A DNA stretch of 64,000 nt from an uncultured Eubacteriales bacterium. GTDB lineage: Bacteria > Bacillota > Clostridia > Lachnospirales > Lachnospiraceae. Below are positions 62,955 through 64,000 of this stretch, one piece after another (within the stretch, counting starts at the first letter, position 1; each line of letters begins with the position of its first letter). Position numbers and translations under genes: made by a program. Below the pieces are notes generated by a model. It saw nothing but the letters and a program-made list of their open reading frames with translations. It searched no databases and was not told the origin of the DNA. The stretch is taken from positions 4,193 to 68,192 of the forward strand of contig CASGAH010000001.1 of NCBI GenBank assembly GCA_949299375.1. The letters are read 5' to 3'.

Positions 62955-64000
62955 TTACTCGCCTCTCACAATAATCTCATCTCTTCCCGGACCGTTGCTT
63001 ACAAGTGTGATCGGCACCTGAATTTCCTTTTCAATGGCCTCCACATAAGCCCGGCACGCTTCCGGCAGATCTTCATAGCGGCGGATTCCGCGGATGTCAC
63101 ACTTCCATCCCTGGAACGTCTCAAACACCGGTTTTGCGCGGTTGAGCCGATCGGTTGTCGGGAAATCTTTTGTCACCGTCCCGTCGATCTCATAGCCAAC
63201 GCAGATCTTCAGCTCATCCAAATATCCAAGCGCATCCAGCACGGTCAGGGCAACTTCCGTCGCGCCCTGGATTCTCACTCCGTAGCGGGTTGCCACAGCG
63301 TCAAACCAGCCGACCCGTCTCGGCCGTCCTGTCGTCGCTCCGTATTCTCCCTTGTCGCCGCCGTGCTTTCTCAGCTCTTCGGCTTCCTCTCCAAACAGCT
63401 CGCTGACAAATGCTCCCGCTCCTACTGCGCTGGAGTATGCCTTTACGACTGTGGTAATGTTTTTGATCTCATACGGCGGAATTCCCGCTCCGATGGCGCC
63501 ATATGCGGCAAGCGTGGAGGACGAAGTCACCATTGGATAAATTCCATGATCCGGATCTTTTAAGGAGCCAAGCTGCCCTTCCAGCAAAATCTTTTTCCCC
63601 TCTTTGATTGCATTGTGCAGATATGAGGAGACATCGCACACATAGGGATCCACCATTTCCTTGTAGCCAAGCAATGTCTCATACAATTCCTCTGCGTCAA
63701 GCAGCGGCTTGTGATACAAATGCTCCAGCAAAACATTCTTCATCTCCACCACGCGGTAGATCTTTTCCTTCAGCGCCTTTTCGTCATACAATTCGCTGAT
63801 CTGGAATCCGATCTTTGCATATTTGTCGGAATAAAACGGTGCGATGCCGGACTTGGTAGATCCAAAGGATTTTCCGCCGAGACGCTCCTCCTCATATGCA
63901 TCAAACAAAATATGATACGGCATCAAAATCTGCGCACGGTCGGACACAAGAATTTTGGGAGCCGGGACTCCCTGATCTACCAGAGACTGAATCTCCTTCT
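62955..64000 (-). CDS. purA: adenylosuccinate synthase (5' end beyond window)
   Basis: Track ORF 62955..63947 starts at an internal GTG. The frame stays open to position 64000 (...KEIQSLVDQGVPAPKILVSDRAQILMPYH). TKSGIAPFYSDKYAK and GATTGRPRR motifs present. Confidence 0.9.
   Translation of the reverse strand, partial: KEIQSLVDQGVPAPKILVSDRAQILMPYHILFDAYEEERLGGKSFGSTKSGIAPFYSDKYAKIGFQISELYDEKALKEKIYRVVEMKNVLLEHLYHKPLLDAEELYETLLGYKEMVDPYVCDVSSYLHNAIKEGKKILLEGQLGSLKDPDHGIYPMVTSSSTLAAYGAIGAGIPPYEIKNITTVVKAYSSAVGAGAFVSELFGEEAEELRKHGGDKGEYGATTGRPRRVGWFDAVATRYGVRIQGATEVALTVLDALGYLDELKICVGYEIDGTVTKDFPTTDRLNRAKPVFETFQGWKCDIRGIRRYEDLPEACRAYVEAIEKEIQVPITLVSNGPGRDEIIVRGE

Overview
This window looks like chromosomal DNA from a spore-forming Clostridia-class Firmicute; that is an inference from spo0A, dpaAB, a spoVK-like gene, a Csp-like S8 protease, T-box leaders and Gram-positive RBSs. 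Most of it is ordinary housekeeping. It includes aspS-gatCAB behind a T-box, asnB, dpaAB, clpX, ilvNC, a zur-znuACB-type zinc uptake cluster, bioY, a gap-pgk-tpiA-gpmI glycolytic cluster, pfkA, mnmA, arcC, spo0A, purA and two ECF sigma/anti-sigma pairs. Most long + strand ORFs in the track are antisense shadows of - strand genes. Two regions stand out. (1) dnaE (45346..51778, - strand) appears in the ORF track as four fragments. By my reading it is one intact gene of five exons, including a 108-nt micro-exon absent from the track. The exons are separated by four related ORF-less group II introns of 713-754 nt, each with a GUGCG/GUUCG 5' end, a recognisable domain V, a domain VI with a bulged A, and a 3' AU. 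(2) At 24.2-29.8 kb there is a peptide signalling/export locus. An unlisted 46-codon double-glycine-leader peptide gene sits directly upstream of a C39-peptidase ABC exporter and is divergent from an AgrC/ComD-like histidine kinase with a convergent LytTR regulator. Between the exporter and a truncated HlyD-like gene lies an array of 12 degenerate repeats phased at 21-22 bp. Smaller observations are three T-box leaders, two of which share a near-identical 29-nt element just after the terminator, a GGGtGRT/NifU-like gene pair of unknown function, and a candidate BirA operator. All calls come from reading the sequence by eye; no searches or folding programs were run.
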